NCBI GenBank assembly: GCA_964036045.1
Contig: OZ038378.1
Span: 164,486,001 to 164,550,000 of the forward strand
Source of the DNA: Eutreptiella sp. 'Long Island Sound 2002'
Taxonomy: Eukaryota; Protista; Euglenida
Reading direction: 5' to 3'
Length of the DNA stretch: 64,000 nt
Shown: one piece after another, positions 26,481 to 40,800 of the stretch
Layout of the letters: the number at the start of each line of letters is the position of its first letter
Position numbering within the stretch: the first letter of the stretch is position 1
Made by a program: the position numbers and the translations under genes
The notes under the pieces: model-generated
Databases searched by the model: none
What the model was told of the DNA's origin: nothing
The model's input: only the letters and a program-made list of their open reading frames with translations

Positions 26481-26677
26481 CAGGGATGCCTTGGAAGGGA
26501 TGAGGTACCCCTTTCCAGGGTGCCAAGCCTATCCCCAGCCACTGTCTCCTGATGCCAAGTGCCAGCTGCAATGGCGTTTGCAACCGACAGTAACCGCCCC
26601 AACCGCTTTGGCGACCTCCTCCATCTGACCGCCTCTGGGGCCACCTCTGAGGTCCCTTCCCCTCTAATGCATCCCTT
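26481..26677. mobile_element. hAT-type MITE family A
   Basis: Same TIR and body; TSD CTAAGCCC/TTAAGCCC (7/8). Confidence 0.85.
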
Positions 26678-28341
26678 TTAAGCCCCATCTGCCACCCCAT
26701 TATTCTGGCCTGTGCCTTCGGGTAACGGTGCCTTCGGGCAACGAACGCCTTCAGCACAATGGGCCTCATGCAGCCACACAGGGCCACACAGCCATACTGC
26801 TGTGCTTTGCCAATGCTAGCACTACTGCTACTACTACTGTTCCTGCTATTGCTACCAGGACAAAGGAATGCATTCCTATCTGTGGCCCGGGGTTTCCGGC
26901 ACAAATAGGGGCTGCATCTCAGGTTTCCGTCTAAGGTTTGGGAACGAGTTTGCATCCCTTTCTGAGCAGAAGATCCGGGGGAATGACATGGGGGCTATGG
27001 TGCCTCTGCTCAAGTGAGGAATGGTCTGGACAGAGTTTGGTTTTGGACGGCTTCAGACAGGGGGGGGACATAACGAAGGGGAAGAGCAGGGTCGTCGGAT
27101 GGCACCTGCCACTCCCTGCACTCCAACGCTTCCGGGGCACCTGCTCATCAACCGTAATCCTAAAAACGAACGTTGTGAAGCCATCGCAACACAAAAATGG
27201 CACCGCATAGCGCTGTTCACAGCCACAGAGAGCCACAAAAAACCCCACACAGCACCAGCGGCACACCAGGCTTCAAGTTGGAGAGGTTCGCCAGCCTGAG
27301 GCAACACAGAACAGGGCTAAGGATCGACAGAGGCTTGAGGTTCAGGCCCAACCCCATCTACTTTCCCTTGGGTCTGGCATCCCCGCCTAGGCCTTGGGGT
27401 AATAGCGCCTTCAACACACAGAGCCACACACAGTGCTACACAGCTACGCACAGCAAGAGACCGCCACAAGCAACACACACAGCCACACGGAGCCATACCC
27501 CCGCGCACACAGCCACACGGAGAGACACACAGCCACGCACAGCCCGTACAGCTCTAGCTCCTTGATGACCCCTCGTACTGTTGATGGGACACAATACCGA
27601 CACATAAAGAAAAATGGGGCTGCAGACCACAAATCATTTCATTTCAAGGAAATGAACGGAACAGGGGGAGGGTGTGCCCCCCCTGAGGAAGGCGACAGGC
27701 GACAGGAACTCACCGTTTGCTCGCTCCTGTGCCTACCGATGGCACAGAGGAGAGCAGCCTGAGGTGCAGTGTGGGGGTTGGGGGGCGGGGGGGGTAGCCA
27801 TCGAAGGCGAAGTAGGTGTGCCAATGGTACTTCCAGTTTGACGCACTTTGGGTGTGTTTTATGGGGGGCGTGCCTCCGGGACGTGGATGTGGTTGTGGAG
27901 AAGTGTGTATGTGGGGGGGGGGGGGTCTGAATGGGTGGGTCCTACTGAGTGATGGCTGGGGCGGGGGGGGGGGGGGCTCCTACGGAACTCACATTTACAC
28001 GCCGGACGCCAGCAAGTCTGCTCGGATATAATGGGACCGCCAGGGCTGTCACAAAGGCAAAAAAAAAAAATGCAAAACAGCTGCAGCACTTGGGACCGAA
28101 CACCAACGGAGCACTGGGGCATCGGCGCGCACCGTCGCTTGCCGGCCAACCGCCGTCGGTGGGCCGGTACCGGTGGTGCACGGGTCCGGCACCGACCGCC
28201 TGCCACGGAAAACCGCCGGCCGTTCTTCGGAGGAGAAGAAAGGGAGAAAGGAAGCGGCGTGCCCCGCGCCCCCCACAAGCGCAAGGAGGGCCCGGACCGG
28301 GGCCGGGTCTGGCTGGGGCTGAAGGGGGTGTGGGGGGCGGG

Positions 28342-28612
28342 TTAGTCGTTCAGGGCGCAGACCAGGGCCGCGCCCTTCTGGACCCAGTAGTCCGTGGAGT
28401 GCTCCGAGGGAAGCTCCACCGCGAGAATGAAGTTGGTGGACTGGCCCAGGGAGCTGATGTTGCCCTTCCGCTCGATGGTCTTGTACAGCGGCGCCGCGTA
28501 CCATTCCTCCGGCTTCTTGTGGTGCTCCTCCGGCAGGAAGTGCATCACCGGCAGCGGCGTGAACTGCTCGCCGGCCAGGGAGTCCTCGATCACTTTGCGC
28601 TCGGGGTTCCAC
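28342..28612 (-). CDS. Dynein terminal exon 16 (WNPERK...CALND*)
   Basis: Acceptor CGCAG|G; TAA stop at 28344-28342. Confidence 0.92.
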
Positions 28613-31600
28613 CTGCGCCACGTGGCACGGGGGCGCAAGGAATGATGGGGTTGGGGGAAAAAACAAATGTCGGGGGGGGGGGGGGGGGCACTTTTCCAAC
28701 CAACCAACCCCTCGGCAGGGGCTCTTTGGGCAGGCGGCAAAAAAAAAAAAACACCCACCCTTTCCAATGGGGGGGGGGGGGGGCTCTTTGGGATTGCCCA
28801 TGGAGCGCCGTTCTCAGCCATTTTAGACCAAAAAACCTTGAAGCATCTGTCGTGGACAACACAATGTGAGTGACAGCGGTCAAGACAACATCCAATTCCC
28901 AGCATCCCAAGCCCCTGTGTGACACGCTGCAGGCACACCACAGGCAAACAAAAGGACTTACCGACGACAGAACGACAAAGAAGAACGACAGAAAAGAGAA
29001 GGGGTGGCGATGGAAGCAACAGCGTCCCGACCGGTGCATCTGCTCATGAGACGGGGAGTCTGCAGGGAAAAGGAAGGGTGGCCGCGGGGGCTGAAGAACG
29101 ACCGTCACTTTGGGGCGGGCGCCGTGTCCACAAATTGGGGTCCGAACCGCACCCAGAACTCTGAGCACTCTGCCCAGGGATTCATTGGAAGGGGGGAAGG
29201 TTACCCCCCCCCTCGAGGGCGCCCAGCCTATGCCCAGCCACTGTCTCCCTGACGGTAAGTACCAGCTTCAATGGCATTTGTAACCGACAGTAACCGCCCC
29301 CCAACCGCTTTGGGCAACCTCCTCCAACCGACTGTCTAACCGACTCTGGGGCCGCCTCTGAGGTCCCTTCCCTTCTAATGCACCCCTGACTCTGCCAGAG
29401 TGAGAGCGGGCCACATGAAGCATGAGGCCAGATTGTGTGATACACGATGGCACTCCGAAGGGATGGAAGGCGTACGGGGGGAGGATGTTGCAGCCCCTTT
29501 CTCAGCCCCCCCCCCTCTTCCCTTCAGGGCTCGGGTGACAGGGACCGGGCCGCCCTTGAGAAGGAGGGGGGGTGGCGGCGGTTGAAATTTAACGGTCGGC
29601 AGCCGGTGTCAGAGCGACGGCGGTCGGGCGGGAGTGAGGCCGTGGCTGGTGACTTGAGGTCCGGGTGCGATGAGGGTGGCTGCGGGGCACTGTCTGTGTA
29701 CCCCCTCCCCCGTGGCGAGAGCAACACTAAAGTCCCAAAATTTGACGGAAACAACACCTCTTGTCGCTCCGACACGGGGCGTTGGTTGGGCGGGCCATGG
29801 GAAGACACAAGCGGTGACCATTGCATCACGCAAATGCTTTGGTCGTGGGGTAAGTCCCAGATCCCCACCAAAGGACAAGAAGGGGGGGGGAAACTAGATG
29901 GCAGGACAGCAACCAACATCCCTAAAATACCTTCCCCAGCCTCAAATCACAGAAAAAACTGGATCTTCATGGACCACCAGAAAAAGGAACCGCCAAATTC
30001 CACGGTTCCAAAATTTGCAGAGCCAACACCCGCTGTTGCACTGACACGGGCGGTGCTCGCACATGCGGGGGGGGGGGGGGGGGTACCACCGCATGTGATC
30101 TCCACCCAAGAAGTGCTGTGGACTCAGGATGGACAGGGTGGCCGTTGCGGTGGCCAGGGAGGCGTGGCGGAGGGAATGGGGGATGAGGGAAGGAAAGGGA
30201 CAGAAAGGGCCTCTCAAACGCCCCTGCGCTGAGCGTCCGTTGGGGAAATGCAGGAGCACACGACATCCTTCAGCACCCCCCTTTCCCCCCCCATTCCCAT
30301 GCGTCCCCCCCAACCCTCCCCCACCCCCGGCGTACGGAATGGTTGTTCCAGCGGTTGGACAGCCCAGGCGCAAGCGAGAGATCGGCGGATCGATTACCGG
30401 AGCGTACCAAACCCTGGTGAGCGAATTGCGGCATGGGCAGACCCCATGTGCCGGTATTCGCCAGGGGATAGCTCCAGGGATAGCTTCTTTGCACTCCCAT
30501 GCCTTAGGCCTTCAGACACCTTGAGACGGTGGGGCCACGGGCGGGGTGCCAACCAAACCAAACCAACCCCCCAACCCCCGCACACTGCACTACCACAAGG
30601 ACGTCTTGCGCCAGAGATCGTGCCTTTGCAGGTCAGCAACGGCGACCTCCCACTCCACACGCTCCCGCACAATGCTACACCTGCAGGAGTCCATGAAGAG
30701 GCCGGAGACGTAGACCCCGGCCTCCGGGGAATGTTCGATGTCCTCACTCGCAGTCTCCAACACCGTGAATGCGATGCCCAACACGTCCACCGATGTCTTG
30801 AACTGCCGGGCATAGGCCTAATGAAACGCAGGGGTTTGGCAATCAGCACACCGCAGGGGCGAGCGCGCGCGGCGGCCCCTGTCGGCGCGGGGGCTGCTTT
30901 CACTGGTGCGGGAGCAGCCCCCGTTGGCCCGGGAGCCTCCTGATGGCCACGGGGCTGTTCCCATTGCACGGGAACTGCTCTGCGAGGCCGAGGAGCCGGA
31001 ACGCAGACAACAATTCTTGGCCACCCTCTAAAATCAATGACTGGGGCAATCCGTGCATTTTGTGCCTTTGAGCTGGGCTGCAGGCCTCATATGTGTACCG
31101 AGAGGGAGGCCCCCTTGGCCAACGCCGGCCCTCAATGCCAGTCGGGACGAAGACGTGCGTGCCAGTGCAGTGCGGTCAAGTGCATGCGGCCCTGATCCGC
31201 AGACCCGAGACGCGTGCGATACAGTGCCCGCTCCTGCCCGTTACCGCACAGCACGCCACAGCACAGCACAGCACAGCACAGCACAAGGGTCGTGCAGAAC
31301 ACGCAGGACTCCCGCCTCAGCAGGTCTACACACCCAGCCCCTCCACTCCATCTTGGGCCCCCCCAGGGGCTAGCTATCAGGCAATGATGAAAACCCCTGC
31401 CGTATCGGGTCCCAACCGCGCGCAGAAGCCGGGTGGTGCAAAAAAAAAAAAGAACTAAGGGCCCAGTGGGTGGGTGGGTGGGGTGGCACAAGGCCTCGGC
31501 CTGGGTGGGGGGAGGGGGGGTTGGCACAAGGCCTTGGTGGTTGGCTCTGTTGGCCTGTGGCGGCGCCTATTGGCCTCTCGCCTTTGAACCTTCTGCTCTG

Positions 31601-34600
31601 ACAAGCAGGCATCTGTACTACTGCGGGCATCCGCACTGCCGCGGGCATCCACCTTCCTGGGTGGGACTCCAGAATGCTACTTCTGCCCATGGCGTCCTCC
31701 CCTGACGGCCTGATCAGTGCCCGGTATGCGGTCATCACGAGGCTGGGAGGTGCTCACCACAACCAGCAACGTGAATGTCACACAAGGCCATGGGTGCTAG
31801 CTCACCAATGTGTGACTTGCTGGTAGTGCGTTGCAGTAATATCTTCTGCGCTCTGCGCAATTCATGGCGAGCGCGTTGCAGATGGTCGCGGGTGGGGGGG
31901 GGGGGGGGGGACTGCATTGGCTCAGTGTCACGTGTGCAGCACAGCACAGCGCGGCACAGTGCACCACAGCACAGTACACCACAGCACACCACAGCACATG
32001 ACACCACAGCATGGCACACCACACCACAGCACGGCACATGACACCACACCACACCACACCACGGCACGGCACACCATACCACGGCACGATGCAGCGCAGC
32101 CACCGCTTTGCCCCAACAGACTGCGCTACCCAACACACCATCTTACCCCTCAGACACTGCCAACTGCACACCCCTGCCTCCTGCACCACTGTACCTGCAG
32201 CGTGCCGGTCATGAACCCGTGGGGGTAGAACATGCCGGACATCCAAAACACCGCGGGCTCGCCTTTGCGCAGCCATTTCCGGATGAAGTCAACGCGTTGG
32301 ACCAGGTCCTTGATCCATGACGCCAACGGTTTGAGGGAGGGATAGGCCTTAGAGGCCCAAAGGGCGGGCACTTTGTTGTCAAGGAAGGCGCTGAACATGC
32401 CTGAAGTCAATGAGGAGGGTTGATGGTGACCAAAAACAACGCTGGGGCTGAACCAACGAAGAGGAAAAGGCCAGACGGGTTGAGATGAGGTGTTGTTGGT
32501 TGGATCAAGGATTGGTTGGATGGTCGCTTGGATCAAGATGCAACCAACGTGGGAGAAAGTGCGTGTATGCAGCCAGCGCAATGGAGCACGAGCAGGATCA
32601 TGGTACAGAGAGCACGTGTCTATGAAGGTCCTGGACGCTACCGTACCAATACTAACGTGTTGCAGAGCACTAATTTTTGTGTTGGGTGTTTTGAATTTTC
32701 TTTATGCAATTGTTCATGCGGATTTCATTTTTGCGAAGGGCATGCAGCTGAAAACTAAATTGTTTTGGCGTTCCTTGTTTTTTTCTGCGGCACATGAACA
32801 CGTTCCATTGAGTGTGAAGCGTTGGGCGGTGGTTGGCGGTTGGCGGTTGGCAGTTGGTGGTTCCTAGGGGCTGTCCTTCAGGGCTCTCCTCAACAAAAAA
32901 AGAGTTCTTAAGGACATCCCTTCCTGCCCCCCCTGTGTGACATCCCGTCGGGTTGTTGTTCCTTTACGGGGCCCTGGACGGTCACCCGTTCTTCCCTTCG
33001 CATGTTGCGTCGGGTCGCTGCGTTCTGTCGGCGGGTGCGGCCGGTGCTTTTGCTGGTGTCGTTTCCGCGTTCGCGGAGCCCCGTCGTTGGTGTGTTGGGG
33101 CTGTGCTGGATGTGGCGGGTGCCGTTTGCGCGTCAGTGGCGCCCAATAGTTGGCGTATTGAGGATGTGCTGGTTGTTGCCAGCGTCGTTTGACTGTGTTT
33201 GCTGTCCACGCACCTCTGTCCACAGGCTGTCCATAGCCTGCCCCGCTGTGTTTCTGTGTGCGTGAGGCCCAGGTGCCCTGTTCCTCCACGCGCTGTCCCG
33301 GCCGTCCACCATATGTCCTTTCCCCCTCACGGCCGGTCTGCCCCTGATGGGCTCCCGCTCCTGTTGCGCAAACAGCCCATCTGGGCTGCGGGAGACACCC
33401 CCCGCCTTCCGTTGCGGGGATGCAAGCGAGGGCGTGCGCACACGCCTTCCAACTGCTCCGACAGCACTGTCAGCCCCTTCAGCGCCTTCTGGAACTCGGC
33501 GAGCGTGGCGTGCATCTGCGACAGGAGCTTGTTGAACTTCAGCAGCTCGTGGCTCAGCACGGTGCTGATGGAGTAGGGCAACCCGTTCTCCATCACACGG
33601 AAGGTGTTCGGACCGGCCTGCAAAACGGACGCACGGGACTCCGGCCGCAACCCTGGCAAAGGGGGTGGGGGCCGGGGTGGGGGGCATACAAGATGGGCTG
33701 TTGATGCGATACAGGGGGGGGGGGGGGGCACGAGGCCATGGTGCCAGCTTGTTTGCCTTTGGCGGCGCCTATTGGCCTCTCGCCCTTGCACATTCTGACC
33801 CCCTGTGTGTTGGTTGTGCTTTGGTAGTGCCAACGGAGTCTCTGGAGAAGGGGGGGGGGGGGCGGGGGTAATGCGGTTGTTTGGTTGATGGTCCACAGAT
33901 CACACAGGGGCGGGGGGGGGGGGCTTCATTCTTTCTTCACATAAAAGACAAACTACGACCGCAAGATGTGAGTGCGGCAGAAGGACAAGACTTGAGGCCC
34001 ACATGACCCCCCTCCGACGGCAACACCTTCCTCAAGGCGGACTCTCTCCCTTTGGGGGGGGGTGCCCCTTCCCTAAGGTCGACTATCCCCAAACGTGTGG
34101 GGGGGAGGCTGCAGGCTGTTGCACAACACGAGTTTATGGTCTTTCACTTTGACCTCGGGTTGCACGTGGAGGGGGTGTTTGTATGTGTGTGCGCCTGTTG
34201 GGCTGCAGGAGCACAGCCGTGGGCGCCTCTTGAACAACGAGCCTGTGAACGAACACCCTCTCCGCGACTGCAATGGAGACCAGTCGGTCGCCTCCCGGAA
34301 CAGATGGTCCAGAGCACAGGGGATATGCAGCCACCGGTACACGAGCAGAACATGGGAGACGGGGCACAGACGCACCCGTCCACACATGATACGGTGCACT
34401 GTACACGAGTGGGGGGCTGACTGCAACACGGTGCATCTGAGTCATCCGTCTCCACCAGCGAGCACCCCCGGCCCCCATGATCGTCAGCGCTGGCTGCCAC
34501 GCACGTTGAGAACCGCAAACACAAACAGTGCCAAAGCAAAGCAAAGAAAGCGGTTGGAGATGCCTCCTCAGGAATTGCAGAGCAGTCCTGCTTTCGGTCG

Positions 34601-34786
34601 GTCCAAGAGCGTGCAGTCCGTGAGCACAGGAGTGGCGGGCAGTTCGAAATCCACCCTCCCCCTCAATAAATTCTCGGAGGACGCTGTACTACCTAATTGC
34701 CTCGGCCATTTACAGGACCTGTGTTGAGTGCCACCACTCAACCACTCAACCACACACACGCGCGCGCGCGCGCACCCACGCACGCA

Positions 34787-34841
<55 letters not shown>

Positions 34842-37800
34842 TGCATGACGGGGCAGGCACCTCTTCCATCAGCAACATCTCCGGGCAAATCTCCTGGATC
34901 TCCGTCGCTTTCTGGGCCACGAGCTCCTCGGGACTGGGACCACTACTGTCGGACTTCGTGGCGCGGGGCTGGATGGCGACCACCGTGCCCAGCAGCACCT
35001 CGCAGTCCTGCAGCTGGAACGCGATGTTGGCGTTCTCGTGCATCCCGAAGATCTCCGGGTCGTCGTGATGCGGCAGGTTGCCGGCAGTGAACTCCCGATA
35101 GCCCTCCACCTGCGGCATGCGTTCAGGCAACGCAGGCGGGTACACAGGCGAGGGTGCACCCCACGGGCCTTTTGAGGCCCAAGAGGCTGCCTGATTCGGG
35201 ACAGACATCGCCATCCGTCTATGATCATAATCCATCGCACACGCCTGCGCGACACACACGCGCGCGTGCGCACACATGCACAGTTCAGCCGGTGGATATC
35301 GCATCCACAAGGTACCGGGGGGGGCAGGGGGGATATTCCGTGCGGGGGGGGAATATGAATCTACAAATTCTGGCACGAAAAAATCTGCGCCATCTCTTAA
35401 AAATGAGCGAACAAATTATGTATGGTTACCAATAATTGCTCATGAGAAACAGTGGGCGCTTGCAATGCCTAACGTATACCTGCACAAATCCTTAAAAACA
35501 ACGAACAAATTGCGCACAAAAACTTCGTACAGAATTTGAATTGCAGAAATTCTCGCTTGCATAACCCCCGGATACGCGTGGGGGGGGGGGGGGGTCCGCA
35601 GGGTGTGCAGTGGTGTGTTTGCTGAACATGCGCGTCTCCCGGGGGATTCCCGTCTGGTGTTGCCGGGGGCCTCTCGGTACGACCCCCTTTCAGAAAGGCA
35701 TGCGATGTCGAGAAGTGGGGTACTGGACTGGAGGCACACACCGAGAGGGGGACAGGGGGGGGGGAGTATGAGAAGGGGGGGGGGGGGGGGTTGGCACGAG
35801 GCCATGGTGTTAGTCTGTTTGCCTTGGGCGGCGCCTATTGGCCTCTCGCCTTTGCACAGCCTGACCCTCTGCGGGTCCGAACGTGTTTTGGTCGTGTCAA
35901 CGGAGGAGGGGGAGGAGGAGGAGGAGGAGGAGGAGGAGGAGGAGGACCTGCGACCCAGCCCTTGCTGGCCGCACGACTAGCACCGCGAGAAACACGCCAA
36001 TGCTAGCTGGTTCCCGTTAGCTCCGCCTCGCTGAGATGCAGTGGGTCTTTCGCGGTGCATGCAGGAATGTGCCCTAGGACCTTTCGGCTCACATTCCCCC
36101 GCTCACCCTATCCGTGGGTACCCCAACCGAAGCCTGACAGGTGGTAGCCAAGTGGGACAATATGCTCAGCACATACGGTCCTAGCATCAGCATGATCACC
36201 CCGGAATCCAGTTAGCAGTGTGTCCCACAGATTGCTTTCATTGCTTAACTTGCGTAAGGTGATGCTAGTTACAATGGTCTAGTGGCTTCTCTCTTGGAGT
36301 CTGACAATAGTACAGTTCTTGCCAAGGGCACGCGAGCAAACAAAGGCATTCACGACAAGTTCACCAAGGTTCTTCAACCCACTTGTCCATACTGGGTTGA
36401 AACTTCAGTCTATAATCTTGTGTGCTCATCTTGTGAGGTAATCCTAGTAAAGCGAACAGCTGTTGAAATGCCGCCAATAGGGCACGCAACCGTTTGACGG
36501 AATATACTTGTTCTTGTACCACTAAACAAGTGATCATGCGCTGATTCTCTGGATATCCAAACGTCATGCTCCAAAATATGGTACCCTGAAGGTTCGTGCC
36601 TATAACAGGCTTTTCAACCGAATCAATAAGCCATACAGTGGGAACATTGTGTTGTAGCTTGCGCATGTCCCGCATATCTGTGACAAACCAGTATGTGACT
36701 GGTGTGAGCGAGTGCGCCATCAAGCGCATCTTGGGCAAATACACATGAAAATGCATGCGATTTCCTAAGAGGAACAGCAAAGGCGCATGTGGCCACACTA
36801 CCCACACTTCAGGGTATGATGCCCATGAGTGTTTTGGTACTCTGTGCTGGTGCGCGAGTACGAAATGTGTCATGGGTGCCCCATTGAGGGCTGCAAAATC
36901 TTGGGTTTGTAACATGAGAGGCAAGGACGTTGCCTCTCGTAATAACTGCAGAGTGGTAAGTATAAAACCCAACAAACGTTGCTGTTTGGATTCGTTCACT
37001 CCCAGCTTTTCCATAGCATGTGTAGTGTCTGTTGTTGCTCTACCGTCTGGATTGATGCACAAAGAGATGTGATCGACCTGTGCTCCTGGATAATACACAC
37101 AATGCAACAAAATGGTTGCTGCTCCCCTTTGTACCCAAACTCCCCAAGGGGTAGGAATGCAATGTTTCCAGGATGGGATGACATCGGGTATCATGACTGC
37201 CAATTTGGAATAAACCAAATACAGTATTACATCTCTGTATGGGCATTCCTCACACATGTGCCTGGAGGTATTCTGCATTCCACACCAGATGCATTGTGCA
37301 GGATTTGGTTGCCAGATGCCTTGTCTGCATGCCACAGTATGTAGATGTGTGTTCCATTGAATGTGCCCATTCATGAGGGCATTAGCATACAAATCATACA
37401 CTGGCTGTGGGGCACAGTACTCTACATCATGAGACTTACAATACAGCTCGGTCAGCTTGGTGTGCACATACTTGTCCCAATTATGAAACTGCTGACCTTC
37501 ACAAGAAAACGTGATCTGTGGTTCTTGCAATTCGGAAATCCATCCTATGCTTGGCACTTGTGACAGCGCCGTTTCTTTGGCACAGCTATCTACACTGTCT
37601 AGAATGATATCCAACAGTGTACCCTTTCGATGGGAGTAAATATGCACTGGAACTTGATAGTCTTGAGACAGTTGTTTACATGCCTGAAGTAAATCTCTCA
37701 AAATGGGTACAGTTTGCTCTGTATCTGACTGTAGGGCTGTAACATATGACTTAGAATCTGTATATGTATCCGATTTGGTATACCACACTCCATCTTGAGT

Positions 37801-40800
37801 TCCCAGCTTCTTTCTCACCAGGAGTGTTACCCAGGCCACATACATCTCTATGGCAAAAGAGTGGTCTAGGCTGATAGGACAATGTATCGGGTATACTGTG
37901 TATTCCATCGTGTCATAATCACAAATGGCAAGAGCACCTCCTACCCTGCCATCTGATAATCTGGAACCGTCTGTGACAAAGAATGGGCGTTTGGGCAAAA
38001 TCTTGATGTCTGGCAAAATGGCTGGACACGGAACTGAGGGCAACAGATCCACATTCGGTAAACAGAACATCCAATCCGGGATGGGCCAGCCAGCTTTTCT
38101 AGCCGCTGGCAAATTTTTATATCCAGCCGTCATCCATTCATGCATATGCACAGCTTGCCAATCATGTGTGCATTTATACATGTTGATTTGTTCATCGATC
38201 TGCTTGACATATGCTGGGACATGAATGCGAATGTTCATGTGATGGGTGTATTTGAGAAATCTGTCATAATCTGTGCTGTGTGAGGGACACATCTTTCCAA
38301 AGATATCTGGAACACATGGCATGCCTGGATGAAAATTCTGAAAGGCTCTCCATATACCATGAGTAACTGATTTCCGGACCAAAGGGTTTAGATGTCCTGC
38401 CTGCCTCATGATGGTGATGACAAATGTGTGTAACATGGTGACTGTGGCTGGATATATACCAGTCCATCCAGACTGTAATGATTGCATGAAGGAGGCTGAA
38501 GGAATTTGACCCCAATTCGCTACACTCCTAATGGCAGAAGCAGCTGCAAAATCACATAATCTCATGGTGGCATGTGCTGGAGGCCTCACTCCTGCTATCC
38601 ATCGTTGGGAACCTCCTGCACTTGCTGAGTACATAATCAAAGGGTAATTTGCTGGTAGCCTCTCATATCGAAGAGCAATACTTGCTCTTCTGCATGCTGA
38701 TAACAACTTGATACAATCTTGTCGGTGGAAGATATGTGGCAAAACATGTCTTCCCAACAACCTGGCATATTCATTACCGTCTAATAACTGCAGAGTGCTC
38801 CCTCCTGCTCGAAAATCGTGGCCGTGGTATTGTACCTTTCCACCTATCATAGACGCTACTATACCCGTCAGTTTGATTACTGAAGTGTGTAAGTGTGTGT
38901 ATAGCCCTGCTGTCATCTGTCTGTCTAACAATTGCTGCATATCTTTTGCGCATTCCAAAACAAAGGTTGTATCATCCATATATGTGACTCTGAGAAATCT
39001 CCCTCCTGGACTGATTGGTACTGGAACCTGATGAGTGATAATGGCGATGCGCAATTCCAGGAGTAAACAGAAAATCAAAGCTGAAACAGGGCATCCCTGT
39101 GCAATACCTGCCCGAAATGTGGTGATGGCTAATTTCACTCCCTTTTTTCCGCCCATAAAAATTTTTGATTTGGTTGCTGCACCCATAATGATAGTGATCC
39201 ATCGTTCATGAAACCCTGCGAGTCGTAAGATTTGTTCCAATGTGGGGTGCTGAACAGAACCAAAAGCATGACGAATGTCATCTAACACAAGAAAAACTGT
39301 GAGATTTCTGTACCACCTGTCATTAACATGATCATGTATGACCCTCAATACATCATTGGCTGAAGATTTACCCCATAAGGCAAATTGCGTTACTGGTATG
39401 ACCTGAGACTGACACAGAAGATGAGTAACGTGTTTTTTTATACTGGCCGAAAAGATTTTCCACAAAGTGTGGAAATTGAGAAGAGGTCTGGCATTTGCGA
39501 TGGGACCATGAGGTAATTTATTGGGGAGAGCGTAAAAGTCTCCCCAATATATACCGTCCATGTCCCCTCCTGCCAACCATGTGTTGTATAGCTGTACCAA
39601 GTGTAATAACTGCGAATCTGACAAGAAATTCACCATTCGGGCCTCTAACAGGTTTCGAAATGGAGTGGATCGTGGAAACTTTTTGAGCACTTTGCGTAGA
39701 AAACTTACCGTAAGTGTGAGAGGGGGAAATTGAGGGGGATCCCACTGGACCCATTGCAGAATATCATTGCGGTTCATATATAAAGGGGGTGAAAGATGTC
39801 GTTGACGAAATTGATCCAATGCAACCAAACCAATCATGTCTGCATGTGCATTGTGCTGTGATACATATGTAGGCTCAAGTGATGCATTGTATGGTTGTCG
39901 AAATATTTTTCGGTAAAGGGGTTTTCTAGGTGCTTGCGCACCTGCTGACCCCCCCAAATTGTTGAGGGAAACCCGAATCTTGTTCTCCAAATGTATCATA
40001 TCCCATGCTCGCCATATATGTGATCTATGCTTCTGTAACTGCTGTGCCTGTGTTATATGTAACCACCACTGTGGGTGCTCTGTGATGTATGCTTGCATTC
40101 TTTGCATAGCCTTTTGCACTAACATGGGGGTTGAATATGCATCACATGGCTGCCCAAATACCTGCGTGGCTGCCTGTAAAATTGCATGTGTGAAACTTTG
40201 CACCGTGATATCCAATGTGTCTGATGCATGCTGTGTGTATTCTTTATCGAAAACTCTCTGGAAATGAGCCAACTGAGTGGCTGTAATTTCCACAGGTATG
40301 ACATACCTATTGGTAGCATGGGTGCATTCCGGAGGGGGTAATGGGGTCACATCATATATACTCAGAATTAATGGGAAGTGATCAGAAGGGAACGAACAAC
40401 GATGAATCACCTGTGTTATAGGAGGTGTGGTGTGTGTGACGGAAACCATGAAGTGATCCAATGCGCCAACATGCCCCTGTGCTGATACCCATGTGGGTCC
40501 TGGTGATTGTTTCTTTACTGGATGTATGTTGGTATCTAGAAATGCATCGAGTATGGCTTCTGTGCGGGCGGGGCTGGATATGGGACAATCATTATCCCAA
40601 CCCGGATTCTGATTGAAGTCACCACCTACTACAGTGTACCAGTAGGCAGAAATCAAGAATGGTGCAACCCAGTTCAAGGTTGCTCTTATTTCGTGTGCCT
40701 CTGCTTTAGATTTGAGGTACAAATTGACTACCTGAAAGGGTTTGTCATTGTACAAAAAGCGAACCACAATGGCTCGATGATCTGGGGAGAAATGTTGCTC

